From the NCBI GenBank assembly GCA_000092065.1, contig CP000581.1: a stretch of 64,000 nt of DNA. One strand, given 5' to 3'. Positions 62,205-64,000 of the stretch are shown here, piece after piece. Every line of letters starts with the position of its first letter. The first letter of the stretch is position 1. Source of the DNA: Ostreococcus lucimarinus. Its lineage: Eukaryota. The translations under genes and the position numbers were made by a program. The notes under the pieces are model-generated. The model saw nothing but the letters and a program-made list of their open reading frames with translations. It was not told where the DNA came from and searched no databases.

Positions 62205-62400
62205 CCGTTTTTTGTTTTTTTGTTTTTTGTCTATCTACTGTAAAGAGAATGTTAAATATGTAACATCGTGTGGGTCCGCTTTAAGTAGTTTAGGTCCGCT
62301 TTAGTACCTAGTAGTGTTTGGATCCGTTATAGTGCTATCTTGGGTCCGCCCTCAGTGGTCGTCCCGACCGACCGACCGACCGACCGATCGACATTCTGGC
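62205..62400. promoter_or_regulatory. AT-rich island with a T-rich tract and degenerate GGGTCCGCTTTA-type direct repeats immediately upstream of the peroxidase gene
   Basis: ttttttgtttttttgttttttg, then gggtccgctttaagtag / taggtccgctttagtac / ggatccgttatagtgc / gggtccgccctcagtgg. It ends with (CCGA)n ccgaccgaccgaccgaccgatcgac. Confidence 0.35.
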
Positions 62401-62419
62401 GCGCGCGCGTCGCCCCGCG

Positions 62420-64000
62420 ATGGACGAATCGACGCCGTTGATCGGGCGGCGACGGGAAGGGAGACGCGGCGCGCGCGGCGCGCTCGTCGTCGGCGCGCTC
62501 GCGTGCGCGTGCGGAACGCTCGTGGCGTTGGCGAATTGCCCGCACCTGGTGTCGACACTCTCACGGGCGATTGGTGTTGGAGACGCGGACGGCGCGGGTG
62601 CGCGCGGGGTGAACGCGGTCTTCGCGCGCCTCGGTGCGGTGTGGGGACGCGATGATTCTGATTACGTGTACACGTCGCTCGAACGTGATTTACTGCGCCC
62701 TCACGAAGACGACGATGAAATCGAAGACGAAATCGACGAAATTGACGCCGACGCGAAGGACGGAAAGGTTGCCGAACACACTTCGACAGACCAACTGCAC
62801 GGTCGAGGAAACGAAGGCTTGGCAAAGGTCGCAACTCTGGGCGAGCCCGCACTTCCGACCGATTTGCCGCCGTCACGCGCGTTGGCGACGCTCGACGAGA
62901 TTGAAGCTGTTTTACTGGGCAACTGGCGAAAGTGGACGCGCTTGGACGTCGTGCGCGGACGCGCTGAACTGGAAACCGTGCGAGATAAACTCGCTGCTCT
63001 CGTTGGTGATGACGTGAATGAAACAACTGTCGCCAACTCTGCCGCAGAGGTGACAAACGAGACGTCGTTTATTTCTTGCAAGGCTGAACAACTCGTACGT
63101 GAAATCCTGAGTGAGTACGGCGGCGCACCCAAACTTCTACTCCCAAAATTGTTGCGCTTCATTTTCCACGACGCGGTTGACGAGAACAACTTATTAATCC
63201 AAAAGGATGGAGGCTATGTACCGTTTAGGGCACCAACTGGCTCGATATACGGCGGTTTGGACCTTTGCCTTTACTCTCCCCTGACGCATGGAACGTCTGG
63301 GAAACCAGACCCTGGGCATAACAGAAATGTTCGAATGAACCGCGAGGTTATCAAATTGTGTGACGCTGTCTGTAAAGATTTGAATACTGGTTTATGTGAA
63401 CTGCAGAATGATAAACCTAAACGGTGCTATACGGACATGTTAGCGTTTAGTTCCATAATCGTTCTGGAGAAGCACTCAAAGCTTAGTGCCCCATCTTCAA
63501 TGGTTTGGGGAAGGCGAGGCGGTGAGTGTGGCAACAGCATCGTTACACCATTTACCAAAAGCAGGGAGAAGCTTGAATCCTACGTTGGAAAACCTGCGCT
63601 GAACTTTGCGCCGGCGCTTCATGCCATGGACGATCCCGGCACCTTCTCGAGAGTCTTTGCAAAACTTGGATTTACGCCTTCAGAGCACGTCGCGTTGATG
63701 GGAGCTCACAGTGTGGGTAAAATTTCACCATGCGCGAGTGGACTCAACGGTATCGAAAAAGGTAACTTTTGCCCGATGAAGAAGCGATATGATCCACCCA
63801 TCGAGATAGGGAATGAATCCCCACAGTGCCAGCCACAAAAACACGTTCAGGGCAACTGTTGGAAACCCTCTGGACCGAAGTCTTATGCCACTCCGTATTA
63901 CTACTTCTTTCGTGGTGGGAGAACAGGGTACAAGACCGGCTTCGCCGACGGTGGGGTTTGGGATCACACGCCTGATTCGCTTGACAATCAGTATTACAAG
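62420..64000 (+). CDS. plant-type heme peroxidase (peroxidase-catalase superfamily class II/III-like), 3' truncated by the window end
   Basis: Open frame with no stop from ATG (MDESTPLIGRRR) to position 64000. It is absent from the ORF track because there is no stop. Signal/TM ALVVGALACACGTLVALA. Distal-His motif LLRFIFHDAV. Proximal-His motif HVALMGAHSVGK. Many Cys in the C-terminal half. Confidence 0.6.
   Translation, partial: MDESTPLIGRRREGRRGARGALVVGALACACGTLVALANCPHLVSTLSRAIGVGDADGAGARGVNAVFARLGAVWGRDDSDYVYTSLERDLLRPHEDDDEIEDEIDEIDADAKDGKVAEHTSTDQLHGRGNEGLAKVATLGEPALPTDLPPSRALATLDEIEAVLLGNWRKWTRLDVVRGRAELETVRDKLAALVGDDVNETTVANSAAEVTNETSFISCKAEQLVREILSEYGGAPKLLLPKLLRFIFHDAVDENNLLIQKDGGYVPFRAPTGSIYGGLDLCLYSPLTHGTSGKPDPGHNRNVRMNREVIKLCDAVCKDLNTGLCELQNDKPKRCYTDMLAFSSIIVLEKHSKLSAPSSMVWGRRGGECGNSIVTPFTKSREKLESYVGKPALNFAPALHAMDDPGTFSRVFAKLGFTPSEHVALMGAHSVGKISPCASGLNGIEKGNFCPMKKRYDPPIEIGNESPQCQPQKHVQGNCWKPSGPKSYATPYYYFFRGGRTGYKTGFADGGVWDHTPDSLDNQYYK

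Overview
This is eukaryotic nuclear DNA, not a prokaryotic island. GC is very high (roughly 65-70%) and the window is gene-dense: about 45 protein-coding genes in 64 kb on both strands, mostly as single long ORFs. Several genes carry short spliceosomal introns of about 100-215 nt. Homology calls include beta-tubulin, Arp3, Vps8, Vps26-like, a TFIIH p34/Tfb4 subunit, RNA polymerase III Rpc5, CWC25, ELOF1, ribosomal protein S15a and a TPS/TPP trehalose-phosphate synthase. A dynein intermediate-chain-like WD40 protein is also present. Many genes have Ser/Thr/Ala/Arg-rich N-terminal extensions of the primary-plastid/mitochondrial transit-peptide type, including FabG, ALAD/HemB, ClpP, bL35, RecN, an HNH endonuclease, DUF814 and a MinC-like protein. 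Together with the compactness, the GC content and an apparent flagellar dynein component, this fits a picoplanktonic green alga such as a Micromonas-like prasinophyte. That assignment is inference only. I see no rRNA, tRNA or CRISPR, no obvious transposon, and no operon-like system. All introns I could verify share a strict grammar: a GT(A/G)CG 5' splice site and an ACTGAC branch point 20-40 nt upstream of the 3' AG. Using it I found exons the ORF track misses: a 5-nt start-codon micro-exon in beta-tubulin, two 5' exons of Rpc5, a split PWWP domain, ALAD exon 1 and a four-exon RPS15a. The most interesting items are a plastid-targeted MinC C-domain protein fused to a polytopic membrane domain, nuclear-encoded bacterial-type RecN and family II (DHH) pyrophosphatase genes, and telomere-like repeats at a NOG1-like promoter and inside RPS15a introns. 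There is also a frame-disrupted APH-like gene, and a plant-type heme peroxidase ORF that the ORF track misses because it runs off the window end. The six-frame track uses TTG/GTG/CTG as Met starts, so many listed ORF 5' ends are not true starts. GC-richness also generates long spurious antisense ORFs. Hand-derived coordinates may be off by a few nt.
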